Shown piece by piece: positions 30,142 to 39,321 of a DNA stretch of 64,000 nt (its first letter is position 1; each line of letters begins with the position of its first letter). The notes beneath the pieces were generated by a model. It saw nothing but the letters and a program-made list of their open reading frames with translations, made no database searches and was not told the origin of the DNA. Location: contig OZ253449.1 in assembly GCA_965261345.1 (NCBI GenBank), positions 2,176,001 to 2,240,000 on the forward strand, read 5' to 3'. This stretch comes from Chloroflexota bacterium (GTDB lineage Bacteria > Chloroflexota > UBA11872 > VXNJ01). Both the position numbers and the translations under genes were made by a program.

Positions 30142-31665
30142 TTGCAGATCATGGTCAGTTCGGGTGATATCACCAGATCGCCTGCCGACACCATCATCGT
30201 CAATCTCTTTGCCGGGGTAACCGATCCGGGCGGCGCAACCGGCGCGGTCGATCGCCGACTCGGCGGCCAGATCGCCAGCGTGATCGCGCTGGGAGATTTC
30301 AGCGGCCAAGCCAACAAGGTATTGACGCTGTATCCGGGAGCGCAGTTGGCGGCCGACCGAATCATCGTCGTGGGCCTCGGCGATCGCGAAAGGTATTCAG
30401 CCGAGATTGCCGCCCAAGCCGCCGCGGCCGGAGTTGGGGCGGCCGAAAGCGCCGGCGCCAAACGGATTGCCACTATCGCCTTCGGCGCCGGGACCGGCGG
30501 TTTCGGGGTTGCCGAAGCGGCTGAATCCACCGCCCTGGGCGCACGGCTGGCGACCTACCGCTTTGATAAATACAAGACGATCGCGAGCGATGACGATCCC
30601 AAAAACCGGATCGAACAGGTCGAACTGATCGAGGCTGATCCGGAAAAATTGGCTCAACTTGAATCCGGCGTGGCGATTGGCAATGCCTTGGCCGACGGGA
30701 TAATTCTGGCCCGAAATCTGCAAAACAGCCCGCCCAATCACATGACCCCGAGCGCGATCGCCGAAGCGGCGATCGAGATGTCGCGGCGCGAGGAGATCTC
30801 CTGCTCGACCCTAAACCAGGACCAGATGCGCGAAGCCGGGATGGGATCGCTGCTGGCGGTTGCCCAGGGATCAGACCAACCGCCCCACCTCATAACCATG
30901 GTCTACGAGCCAGCCGGCCCGGCGATCGGTACGCTGGCGGTGGTCGGCAAGGGTGTCTCGTTCGACACCGGGGGAATTTCGATAAAACCCAGCGCCCGGA
31001 TGGAGGAGATGAAATTCGACATGTCGGGGGCGGCTGCGGCGATCGGGACGATGCTGGCGGTCGCTCGCCTCAAGCCCGATCTCAAGGTCGTGGGTATCGT
31101 TCCCACGGTTGAAAACATGCCATCGGCACGGGCACTACGGCCTTCGGACGTTGTAACCGCCGCCAACGGCAAGACGGTGGAGGTCATATCGACCGACGCC
31201 GAGGGACGGATGATCCTGGCCGACGCGCTCTGTCATGCGCAGACGTTTGAGCCCGATGCGATCGTCGACCTGGCCACCCTGACCGGTGCCGTGATCATCG
31301 CCTTGGGACACTTTGCCACCGGCATGATGGTCACCAATCCGGAATTGGCCGATCGGCTCTCGGCGGCCGGCCTGAAAGTGGACGAGCGGGTCTGGGAGCT
31401 GCCATTGTGGGACGAATACGAGGAGAACATCAAGGCTAAGACTGGAGACCTGGACAACACCGGCGGCCGCGCGGCTGGGACGATTAACGGCGGAATGTTT
31501 CTCAAACACTTTGTCGGCGATTACCCGTTCGCGCATCTCGACATCGCTGGGACTGCCTGGGAGGGCAAGAAGACCCCGCTCTGGCAGGGCGGCGGTAAAG
31601 GCGTCGGGGTCCGTCTGATCACCCAGTTGGTGCGTGACTGGGCCGGACCGCTCGCGCGCGGCTAG
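30142..31665 (+). CDS. pepA: Leucyl aminopeptidase (M17)
   Basis: VGKGVSFDTGGISIK, MKFDM.G, ENMP, STDAEGR..LAD, ATLTGA, HLDIAG; start inferred at TTG 30142 after AAGGA. Confidence 0.95.
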   Translation: MQIMVSSGDITRSPADTIIVNLFAGVTDPGGATGAVDRRLGGQIASVIALGDFSGQANKVLTLYPGAQLAADRIIVVGLGDRERYSAEIAAQAAAAGVGAAESAGAKRIATIAFGAGTGGFGVAEAAESTALGARLATYRFDKYKTIASDDDPKNRIEQVELIEADPEKLAQLESGVAIGNALADGIILARNLQNSPPNHMTPSAIAEAAIEMSRREEISCSTLNQDQMREAGMGSLLAVAQGSDQPPHLITMVYEPAGPAIGTLAVVGKGVSFDTGGISIKPSARMEEMKFDMSGAAAAIGTMLAVARLKPDLKVVGIVPTVENMPSARALRPSDVVTAANGKTVEVISTDAEGRMILADALCHAQTFEPDAIVDLATLTGAVIIALGHFATGMMVTNPELADRLSAAGLKVDERVWELPLWDEYEENIKAKTGDLDNTGGRAAGTINGGMFLKHFVGDYPFAHLDIAGTAWEGKKTPLWQGGGKGVGVRLITQLVRDWAGPLARG

Positions 31666-31682
31666 GTCCGGCCAGCCCACCG

Positions 31683-32399
31683 GTGAAATCGATTTCGGTC
31701 CAGTGGACGCCCGAGGTGACGATAACCGAGGCCCGGGCGGTCATCGAGGGTGTGGCCGACGCGCTTGAGCACGCCTTCCTACTGGCGGCCGACAGTGGGA
31801 TCGGGCTGGCCCGCCCGCACCTGCGTCCGCTCGGAACCTGGCACATTCCTTCAGTGGACCGCGACACTCCGTACTGGTCCACGCAGTATTACATCGAGCA
31901 GAGCCTGGACGAGATCTCGGGAATCATCGACGGACGCCGATTTATCGAAATCATCCGCCAGGAACCCTGGCAACAAATGGGTGCCCATTACGACCTGGCG
32001 ATCGTCCATTACGAGCTCTCCGATGACCCGGTGCGGATGGCCGATGACGAAGACCCCTTCGCCCTGTCGGCCACCGAGCCGAACCTGGCCAGCGTGATTT
32101 CGGTCAATCGATTACGCCAGATCGGCCGATCGGCCGATCGCAAATTGGCCCTGGCGCGGCTGGCGATGCACTCGCTTGGCCATGTTTTTGAGGCGGTTCC
32201 CGAGGGTCGCGACAACTCCGAACTGACCTGGGGTGACTGGCACTGCCGCAACGAGGGCTGCGTGATGCGCCACGCCGCCACCGTCGAGACCCTGCTCGAC
32301 CTTGCCCATGCCGAAGACGAATACGACCCCAGTTATTGCGATGATTGCTCCGACGCGATTTTTGAGCACCTACTGGCCAACCATTTCATCCCCAACTAG
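31683..32399 (+). CDS. Archaemetzincin (M54)-like zinc protein with the catalytic Glu replaced (HSLGH)
   Basis: VISVNRL, HSLGH...HC....CVM...YCDDC pattern typical of archaemetzincins. Confidence 0.65.
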   Translation: MKSISVQWTPEVTITEARAVIEGVADALEHAFLLAADSGIGLARPHLRPLGTWHIPSVDRDTPYWSTQYYIEQSLDEISGIIDGRRFIEIIRQEPWQQMGAHYDLAIVHYELSDDPVRMADDEDPFALSATEPNLASVISVNRLRQIGRSADRKLALARLAMHSLGHVFEAVPEGRDNSELTWGDWHCRNEGCVMRHAATVETLLDLAHAEDEYDPSYCDDCSDAIFEHLLANHFIPN

Positions 32400-32412
32400 C
32401 GGCACTTCGGCA

Positions 32413-33414
32413 ATGACTAAACCATCTCCCGCGCTGCGCGTCCTTTCGGGGATCCAGCCGACCGGCAACGTTCATCTCGGCAATTACTTGGGGGCGATCC
32501 GGCACTGGGTGGCCCAGCAGGACAGTTTCGAGAATTTCTTTCCGATCGTCGACCTGCACGCCCTCACCGTTCCCCAGGACCCGCAACGGTTGCGGTCAAA
32601 CATATTCGAACTGGCCGGGATCCTCGTGGCCGCCGGGATCGATCCGGCCAAGTCGGTGTTGTTTCAGCAATCGCAGATTCCTGCCCACGCCGAGCTGGCC
32701 TGGATCCTCAATTGCTTTATCCCGGTGGGTTGGCTGGAACGAATGACCCAGTTCAAGGACAAGACTGGATCGAACCGCGAACGCGCCTCCAGCGGCCTTT
32801 TTAGTTACCCGGCGCTGATGGCTGCCGATATCCTGCTCTACGATGCCACGCACGTGCCGGTTGGTGATGACCAGCGGCAGCATCTCGAACTGACCCGTGA
32901 CGTGGCCCTGCGTCTTAACAGCCTCTTTGGCGCCGACACGGTTGTGGTTCCAGAAGCGGCTATCCCGCCCAAGGCCGCGCGGGTCATGTCACTGGCCAAT
33001 CCCGAAGCCAAGATGAGCAAATCGGATGCCGATCCGGCCGGAACCCTGCTGGTGCTAGATGATCCCGACACGATCTGGCGGAAGCTGCGCCGCGCGCGGA
33101 CGGATTCGGCCGCCGCGATCGCCTTCGATCCCGACCGTCCCGGCGTTAACAACCTGCTCACCATCTACCAGGCGTTGACCGGCCAACCCGAATCGGCAAT
33201 CGAGGATGAATTTTCCGGATGTGGCTATGGCGTCCTCAAACGCCGCCTGGCTGACGCCTTGGTCGAAACCTTACGGCCGCTGCAGCAAGCCTACCGATCG
33301 CTGGCCGACGACCCCGGGCAGATCGGCCAGCTGCTGGAGACCGGTCGCGATCGGGCCGCTCCGGTCGCCAATGCCACCCGCGACCGCATCTACCAGCGAA
33401 TCGGGATCGGCTGA
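32413..33414 (+). CDS. trpS: Tryptophan--tRNA ligase
   Basis: SGIQPTG..HLGNYLGA, YPALMAADIL, VPVGDDQ.QHLE, KMSKS. Confidence 0.97.
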   Translation: MTKPSPALRVLSGIQPTGNVHLGNYLGAIRHWVAQQDSFENFFPIVDLHALTVPQDPQRLRSNIFELAGILVAAGIDPAKSVLFQQSQIPAHAELAWILNCFIPVGWLERMTQFKDKTGSNRERASSGLFSYPALMAADILLYDATHVPVGDDQRQHLELTRDVALRLNSLFGADTVVVPEAAIPPKAARVMSLANPEAKMSKSDADPAGTLLVLDDPDTIWRKLRRARTDSAAAIAFDPDRPGVNNLLTIYQALTGQPESAIEDEFSGCGYGVLKRRLADALVETLRPLQQAYRSLADDPGQIGQLLETGRDRAAPVANATRDRIYQRIGIG

Positions 33415-33446
33415 TCCGACCGGGCTGTGACCTGGCCCCGAACCGA

Positions 33447-33944
33447 TCAGGCCGCCAACCAGATTTCGATTAAACCCCCCAGGCTGGCCCCGTAAAGAGC
33501 GTGTGCGGGCATTCCCAATTTGATTACCCGCTGGCGCGTCTGCTCGCTGCGGGTGGCCAGTTCGCTGCGCAGGCCCGATACCGGGTGCCAGAGCGCCAAC
33601 TTGAATACGAGCAGAATGGCCGCCAGGCAAAGCCCCCAGACCCACAGCCAACTCTCAATTCCAAAAACGTCAATTGCCAGCAACGCTGCCAGCAACCCCA
33701 CCAGACTGCCGTAGGCGAAATGCGAGGCGATCCCCAGCAACCGCATCGCGATAGCGTTGTGGTCGCCCCCCAGAAAGCGGGCCAGCAGCATCGCCGAAAT
33801 TCGGTTGGTCTGGTGCGGGTCGTAGGTGCTTACCACGGTCATGATCACCGTGGCTAGGAAGCCGGCCAGCAGGCCGGCGAGCCAAGTCTCCAATTCCGGC
33901 GACCTTTCCTTTTGCGGTTGCGGCGGCCCGGTTGGGCCGTCCAA
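33447..33944 (-). CDS. Hypothetical membrane protein
   Basis: About four hydrophobic segments; GF.AT..MT, HFAYG, HALYG. Confidence 0.7.
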   Translation of the reverse strand: MDGPTGPPQPQKERSPELETWLAGLLAGFLATVIMTVVSTYDPHQTNRISAMLLARFLGGDHNAIAMRLLGIASHFAYGSLVGLLAALLAIDVFGIESWLWVWGLCLAAILLVFKLALWHPVSGLRSELATRSEQTRQRVIKLGMPAHALYGASLGGLIEIWLAA

Positions 33945-33991
33945 TATGCTTTAACTAATTTGCGACCGGTAATTTCAACTTGAGGGCAACC

Positions 33992-33999
33992 AATGCAAC
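33992..33999 (+). repeat. Left 8-bp target-site duplication AATGCAAC
   Basis: Identical 8-mer at 36448..36455, immediately outside the right inverted repeat. Confidence 0.93.
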
Positions 34000-34034
34000 G
34001 GGGATTATATATTTAACTATAGTAGGCACATCCA

Positions 34035-34361
34035 ATGACTAATGAGGAACACCGCGAGCCTGCGGACGATCTCTGGGAAACTGATTCGGGTTGCGATTAC
34101 TGCGACAGTCCTGGTGGTTTTAAGACTATTAAAAACGCAGTATCGATGCCGATCCGAGGCCGTGTATGCAGTATCGACTACTGCATTCACAAATTAGTAG
34201 CGGCGCTAAACGCAGGTGGCATTACAACAGTGATGAGCTGTTGTGGACACAATAAATTAAATGGCATTATTTCGTTAGACAATGGCCAAACATTAGTAAT
34301 TGTCCAAACACCCGATTCAGTAGAACAAGGTAACAAGTTATCCCGTATGGCACGCGGGTGA
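34035..34361 (+). CDS. IS passenger: small Cys-rich protein with an ID.CI..LV.ALN..G..T..SCCGH motif
   Basis: 108-aa ORF starting just inside the left IR; CxxC plus SCCGH. Confidence 0.65.
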   Translation: MTNEEHREPADDLWETDSGCDYCDSPGGFKTIKNAVSMPIRGRVCSIDYCIHKLVAALNAGGITTVMSCCGHNKLNGIISLDNGQTLVIVQTPDSVEQGNKLSRMARG

Positions 34362-34544
34362 GCACCAGCGACACCCATCTGCGTTTGAGTAGTGATCCTT
34401 TTTGGCTTTTGCTACTGCCGGATAACAAGTCGCAAAATCGCCCAAGTAAATGCGATTTTCAGGATTGGGGTAATAGTCACAACCACGTTTATGGACTTCA
34501 TGCTGCCCATTGCGCTCAATCGTGCTTACCGAGTACTGCGCCAC
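34338..34544 (-). CDS. IS passenger: small putative metal-binding protein
   Basis: 68 aa; HEVH..GC, YLG.F..C, DGC..C...CH; AAGGAG RBS upstream. Confidence 0.75.
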   Translation of the reverse strand: MAQYSVSTIERNGQHEVHKRGCDYYPNPENRIYLGDFATCYPAVAKAKKDHYSNADGCRWCSPACHTG

Positions 34545-34727
34545 TCGTTTCTCCTTGGCGAGCCAAATCTTCCAAACTTAAGCCACCGGCGGACAATAAC
34601 ATGTTAATAGCTCGCCAAAGCCATACGCATTCAGCGCACCAGGAGCGGTTGTCCGTTTCCTTGTGGCCGCTGGGTGCTTATTTAGCTTTGGCGAGCTTAA
34701 TCACTCCCTTGCCGCAAGGAGACACCA

Positions 34728-35252
34728 ATGTCCATTTATGCAGTTCGTACTGCGCTTTTATTGCTAGGAATCATTGCCGCCAGTGGTTGGTTTGCCGCTA
34801 TTTGGTTGGCGATGAGTGTTTCCAGCCCAGCCGTAGTTGAAAAAATGATTACCGTAAAGGTACCAGTAGAAGTGCCCGTAAAAGTGCCTGTGTTAGTCGA
34901 GCGCACCGTAACTGTTCAAGCGCCGCTCTCTGTTCAACAGGCTACGCCCTCGACAAAACAAGCTCTGCCGACGTCGATTGGGGCCGCCTCTGAATACTGT
35001 CGTGAAGCCGTGTTGGAGTTAGCTAGGCAGCGCGGCAGCCCTTGGTTAACTGATAGCCCTTGGTATGCGTGCATGTATGAAGTGTTTGGGCCAGAGCAGT
35101 TGGAAAAATGGTGCGGTAGTACACGGTTTTATCTGTACGGTCGAAGCATGGATCAGCGCCAAATTGATAAATATACCCAGGGCAAGGGAATTTCAACGGT
35201 ATGGTGGTGCACAGTCATACGTGCGCCGTCAGGAATAAGTTCAGGGCGATAA
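34728..35252 (+). CDS. IS passenger: membrane-anchored/secreted hypothetical protein
   Basis: AAGGAG RBS; N-terminal TM helix, VKVPVEVPVKVPV linker, C-terminal domain with four Cys. Confidence 0.7.
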   Translation: MSIYAVRTALLLLGIIAASGWFAAIWLAMSVSSPAVVEKMITVKVPVEVPVKVPVLVERTVTVQAPLSVQQATPSTKQALPTSIGAASEYCREAVLELARQRGSPWLTDSPWYACMYEVFGPEQLEKWCGSTRFYLYGRSMDQRQIDKYTQGKGISTVWWCTVIRAPSGISSGR

Positions 35253-35262
35253 GGAGACTCAA

Positions 35263-35445
35263 ATGGCAAAACCTGATCCTAATTACCCCGAAGACCCAAA
35301 GGTGCTAGCACAGGCTATTTTTAGGGCTGCTGATCGCAAGCGCAGTAGACAACCCGAGCCCGTTGCTAAAGCCCCTACACGAGCAGGGGCAGCAGGAGAT
35401 ACTGGTGCCTCCGAAGCCCCTGTCGTAAGCGAGCAGGATGACTAG
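35263..35445 (+). CDS. IS passenger: small hypothetical protein
   Basis: AAGGAG RBS overlapping the upstream stop; its stop overlaps the convergent transposase stop (CTAG 35442-35445). Confidence 0.55.
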   Translation: MAKPDPNYPEDPKVLAQAIFRAADRKRSRQPEPVAKAPTRAGAAGDTGASEAPVVSEQDD

Positions 35446-36413
35446 TGATGAGAGTCAGCAACCAAATCGGTGTACCTCAATCGGCGCCCGTCCATTGTGC
35501 GGGCCATAACTCGCATCTGTTCCAGCGTGCCCAGGTCGCGCCGGGACTGCCGGCCCGCAAACTCGTTCACGTAACGACCCAGATGCTTTTCACTCACGTG
35601 GTGAAACGTGCCGTGATAACCGCGCTTAAGCATCGCCCAAAACGACTCCATGCCATTTATGTGCGCTTGCCCATTAACATACTGCCCAGTGCTATGACGA
35701 ACAGAGCCATGCTGGACGTTTGGAAGGCCTCGGTAGCCTCGGTGTTCGTCAGTGTAAACAGTCGCGCCAACAGGCACATTGTCAGCCACGAATTTATGCA
35801 AGGTTTTGCGGTTAGTGCGGTCAATTGGTTGTGCTCTGATCTCGCCGTCACGCGAGTAAGCGCCAACAACAATGGCCTTGCCCGACGGGCCGCGGATACC
35901 GCTTCTGCGCCGCGGATGCTTGTTGCGTTCCTTGCCGCCGATGTAGGTTTCATCAACCTCGATTTTTCCGGTCATTTCGCGTCGTCCAGTAAGCCAGCCT
36001 TCGCGAATGCGCTGAGCCATAAACCATGCCGACTTTTGCGTAATTCCAAGATCGCGGTGCAGCTTCATGCTGCTAACGCCCTTGAGCGATGTCGTCATAA
36101 GGTACAAGCCCACAACCCATTTGCGCAGCGGCAAACGGGACGATTCCATAATCGTGCCGAGCTTTACCGAAAAGTACTTGCCGCAGCCCTTGCACCAGTA
36201 AGGTTGCGGCTTAGCGGATTTGATCTTTGCAATCTCGGTGCTATTGCAGCGCGGGCAAATCAGGCCGTTAGGCCAGCGGCTTTCCTCAAACCACTCACGA
36301 GCCGATTTCTCGTTCGGGAATTTGTCGAAAAGCTCAATAACAGTCAAGCCCGTTCGGTAACTGCGTCCGGGTCCAGATCGACTCACTTTGGAGGTCCTTG
36401 TGTTTGCTTTCAT
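35442..36413 (-). CDS. IS1595-family DDE transposase
   Basis: Zn ribbon CPRC..CKGC, GVSSMKL.RDLGITQKSAW, EVDETYIGG, YTDE...Y, HINGMESFW..LKR, HL.RY..EF. Confidence 0.95.
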   Translation of the reverse strand: MKANTRTSKVSRSGPGRSYRTGLTVIELFDKFPNEKSAREWFEESRWPNGLICPRCNSTEIAKIKSAKPQPYWCKGCGKYFSVKLGTIMESSRLPLRKWVVGLYLMTTSLKGVSSMKLHRDLGITQKSAWFMAQRIREGWLTGRREMTGKIEVDETYIGGKERNKHPRRRSGIRGPSGKAIVVGAYSRDGEIRAQPIDRTNRKTLHKFVADNVPVGATVYTDEHRGYRGLPNVQHGSVRHSTGQYVNGQAHINGMESFWAMLKRGYHGTFHHVSEKHLGRYVNEFAGRQSRRDLGTLEQMRVMARTMDGRRLRYTDLVADSHH

Positions 36414-36447
36414 ACCTAATTGTACTATAACTAAGTATATAAGCCCC

Positions 36448-36455
36448 AATGCAAC
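36448..36455 (+). repeat. Right 8-bp target-site duplication AATGCAAC
   Basis: Matches 33992..33999 and contains the ATG of the GYD gene. Confidence 0.93.
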
Positions 36456-36727
36456 GCTACATAGTTTTCGGCAAATGCACCGCTTCGGTCACCACCGAGA
36501 CGCTAACCGAAGGTACCCCTCAGATCAGCAAGATTTGCCGATCGCGTGGCGGGAACGTAATCGATGCCTATTTGACCCTGGGCTCCGTCGACATCGTGCT
36601 GGTGCTTGAATTTCCCAGCAACGAGGCCTGCGTCGCCGCAATGGTCGAGTACGGCCAACTGGGCCTGTTAACGACCCAGACGATGCCGGCGTTCCCTGTG
36701 AGCAGCGCGGCCGACCTGATCGGATAG
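36449..36727 (+). CDS. GYD-domain protein, separated from its native RBS by the IS
   Basis: 92 aa; GG..I..Y.TLG.VD.V.V.EFP...T.T..AF pattern of the GYD family. Confidence 0.8.
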   Translation: MQRYIVFGKCTASVTTETLTEGTPQISKICRSRGGNVIDAYLTLGSVDIVLVLEFPSNEACVAAMVEYGQLGLLTTQTMPAFPVSSAADLIG

Positions 36728-36814
36728 GCAATGGCGGCCTGAGCTTTCCGGGCTCAATCCCGCCGATTGGTCGGTTCCAGCGCGGCGCCGGCCGGCAATG
36801 ATGCGAACCGGGCC

Positions 36815-37687
36815 TTAACCGGCGAAGGTGGCGGCCGGCCGGCCTTTGGCGCCCGGTCGACAGACAAACAGCCCTCCGGACCCGGTTTCGGCGTCCAGCT
36901 GCGAGGGCGCGAGGTTCTTAGCCGAACTGGTGATGTAGAGGTCCATGTAGTCGTCACCGCCGAACGCCACCGAGGTGATCTGACTGGCCGGCATCTCGAT
37001 TACCTCTAGGAGCTTGCCCGCGGGGCTGTAGCAGCGCACCGCCGAACCGTGATAGAGTGCGAGCCAGATGTTGCCCTCGGCATCGACGGTGAGCCCGTCC
37101 GGCCAGACTCCCGCCTCGACCTGGAACAGTGGCCGCCGATTGGCGGCGCCGCCGGTCGCCGGGTTGAAGTCGAAAACATCAACCGTCAGGGTGGGGGTGT
37201 CGATGTAGTACATGAGCGAATCATCGAGGCTCCAGTCGGTGCCGTTCGAGATCGTAACGTTCTCAAGAATTGTGGTCACCGAGGCATCGGTGTCGATCCG
37301 GTAAAACTTGCCGGCGCCAGGGATGTTTTCGGCGTGGGCCATGGTCCCGGCCCAGATCCGGCCAAAGCGATCACATTTCCCGTCGTTCATGCGGGTGACC
37401 GGGTCGGCGGCCTCGATCGAACAGATTTCGGTTAGCACATTGGAGTCCGACATTCCAAAAAAACCGTGCTGGGTCCCAACCGCGTAGCCGCCCGAATCGC
37501 GTATCAGGATGCAGCCGGGCATTCTCCCACCGAGGTCGATGGCCAGGTCCGAACCGGTCGCCGGATCGTAATGGTGAACTGCGCAGCCGGGAATGTCCAC
37601 CCAGACCAGGCGCTTGCTGCGTTCGTCCCAGACCGGTCCTTCGCCGGTACCGGCGCGGGCATCGACGATCAACTCAACCTTGGTCAC
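36815..37687 (-). CDS. SMP-30/gluconolactonase/LRE-family protein
   Basis: GEGPVW, RMNDGKCD..GRIWAGTM, ISNG, PDGLTVDAEG, TSVAFGG. Confidence 0.93.
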   Translation of the reverse strand: MTKVELIVDARAGTGEGPVWDERSKRLVWVDIPGCAVHHYDPATGSDLAIDLGGRMPGCILIRDSGGYAVGTQHGFFGMSDSNVLTEICSIEAADPVTRMNDGKCDRFGRIWAGTMAHAENIPGAGKFYRIDTDASVTTILENVTISNGTDWSLDDSLMYYIDTPTLTVDVFDFNPATGGAANRRPLFQVEAGVWPDGLTVDAEGNIWLALYHGSAVRCYSPAGKLLEVIEMPASQITSVAFGGDDYMDLYITSSAKNLAPSQLDAETGSGGLFVCRPGAKGRPAATFAG

Positions 37688-37784
37688 TACCTACCTCTTT
37701 TTCAAATGATCAATTGCGGTCAATTTTCAAATACCGACTCATGCACCGGGCCGGGATTGATCCCGGCCCGGTGAGCCGGCCGGC

Positions 37785-39269
37785 CTAGCGCAGGTTAATT
37801 CGCTCAAACTGCTCTGGCGGGGCCCCGTTGGCCTCCATCAGATCAATCATTCGTGCGCTGAGCTTGGCCTCCAATGCATCGTCGCGAATTTCGTTTTCCT
37901 GATCCGGATCGCTTTTCAGGTCAAAGAGCCTGGACGTTAGGTCGACCGGCCAGACCGCCCCGGCCGCATTGTTCGCGGGGGCGGCAATCTTGGCGGTGCG
38001 CACACCCTTGGTGAAGTCGAATGGCTCGGCCAACTCGATGTCCTGGAGCTCTTCCGCCGGCCAGCGCTGGCGCATGTGGGTGACCATCAGGGTGTAGTTA
38101 TAGAGTTCGGACTCGGCCGCCGGGTCGGTTGGGCCGCGCATATAGACGTAACGCCCGTCGGTGATGTTCACGTGCGAGCCAAAGATCCCAAACAGGATCG
38201 CGTCGCGGGTCTTGGACCCGTCGGCGATCGTCTTGCCCAGCGCCACTCCCTGCATCGCGGTCGGGCGCTCGATCCCGAAATAGTCGAGCAGGGTGGCCGG
38301 CACGTCGATGTTTTGGACCAGGTTCGAGTTGCGTTCACCGGCCTTGCCCGAGCGCGGGTCCCAGACGAAGAAGGGAATCCGGGCCACTTCGTTGTAGAAC
38401 GGCTGGACGCACTTGGCCCACCAGTTGTGTTCGCCGAGCAGAAATCCGTGATCGGTGTTGACGATCAGCATCGTATCGTCCCACATCTGGTGTCGGTCCA
38501 TGGCGTCCAGAATCGTACCCAGATAGTGATCGCACATCGAGACCGTAGCGGCGTACTCCTGGCGCATGTGCTCGACCATGTGATCGGGTTCGGTCACCCG
38601 GCCGTAGCTGGGCCAGTCGAAGTGCGGTCCGTCATATTCGTGCGGATAGCGGTCTTTGAATTCCTCAAGCGTGTAGAAGGGTTCGTGCGGGTCAAATGTC
38701 TCGACCTGGAGGAACCAGTTGTCTTCGTTTACGTTGGTCTCGATGAATTCCAGACCCTCGGCGAACGTCTTGGCCTGTGGTAGCTGTTCCTGTTCGGTTA
38801 GATATTTGCGGTTGACCCAATCCTGGCGCCAGGTGTATCCGGCGCGTTGGTTGAGCGAAAGGCCCTTGGGCAATTCGGGATCGGCGACCTCGCCCTTCCA
38901 GGCATCGCCCTCGTGCCCGCGGTGGAAGCCCCAGGTGTTGTAGCGCGAATGGTAGGTGCCGCCGCCATCTTCGAAATAGTGCTGGTGGTCGGTGGAAAAA
39001 TGGCAGTAGGTACCGGATTTTTTTAGGATCTCGGGAGTGGAATCGTCAAATGGTTCCAGCGGTCCCCAGGCGCGGTGCAGGAAGTTGTAGCGCCCAGTAT
39101 GGAGTTCGCGCCGCGCTGGCATGCAGGGCATGCTGCCGATCCAGGCCTGGTCGAAGGTCACCGTCTTTCGGCCCAAACGCTCGAAGTTGGGGGCGTGGGT
39201 CCAGGTGCAGCCGTAGTTGGGGAGGAAGTGTCGATTTAGCGAATCGAACATGACCATGATGGCGCGCAT
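37785..39269 (-). CDS. Cys-type sulfatase
   Basis: MRAIMVMFDSLNR, CMPARRE..TGR, FDPHEPF, TDHG. Confidence 0.93.
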   Translation of the reverse strand: MRAIMVMFDSLNRHFLPNYGCTWTHAPNFERLGRKTVTFDQAWIGSMPCMPARRELHTGRYNFLHRAWGPLEPFDDSTPEILKKSGTYCHFSTDHQHYFEDGGGTYHSRYNTWGFHRGHEGDAWKGEVADPELPKGLSLNQRAGYTWRQDWVNRKYLTEQEQLPQAKTFAEGLEFIETNVNEDNWFLQVETFDPHEPFYTLEEFKDRYPHEYDGPHFDWPSYGRVTEPDHMVEHMRQEYAATVSMCDHYLGTILDAMDRHQMWDDTMLIVNTDHGFLLGEHNWWAKCVQPFYNEVARIPFFVWDPRSGKAGERNSNLVQNIDVPATLLDYFGIERPTAMQGVALGKTIADGSKTRDAILFGIFGSHVNITDGRYVYMRGPTDPAAESELYNYTLMVTHMRQRWPAEELQDIELAEPFDFTKGVRTAKIAAPANNAAGAVWPVDLTSRLFDLKSDPDQENEIRDDALEAKLSARMIDLMEANGAPPEQFERINLR

Positions 39270-39321
39270 TGGCAGTCGGCCTTTCGTTGCAGCGATGCTG
39301 CAAGCGGCTAGTTGGAGCCGG

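Larger units (their letters stand above)
34000..36447. mobile_element. IS1595-family insertion sequence (ISNwi1-like ends) carrying four passenger genes, 2448 bp
   Basis: 25-bp terminal inverted repeats GGGGATTATATATTTAACTATAGTA (34000-34024) and the reverse complement of 36423-36447, GGGGCTTATATACTTAGTTATAGTA (21/25 match); 8-bp TSD; IS1595 transposase; visibly more AT-rich than the flanks. Confidence 0.93.

Noticed and set aside
35445-36419. 324-aa plus-strand ORF inside the IS
   Set aside because: It is the antisense shadow of the transposase and has no motifs.
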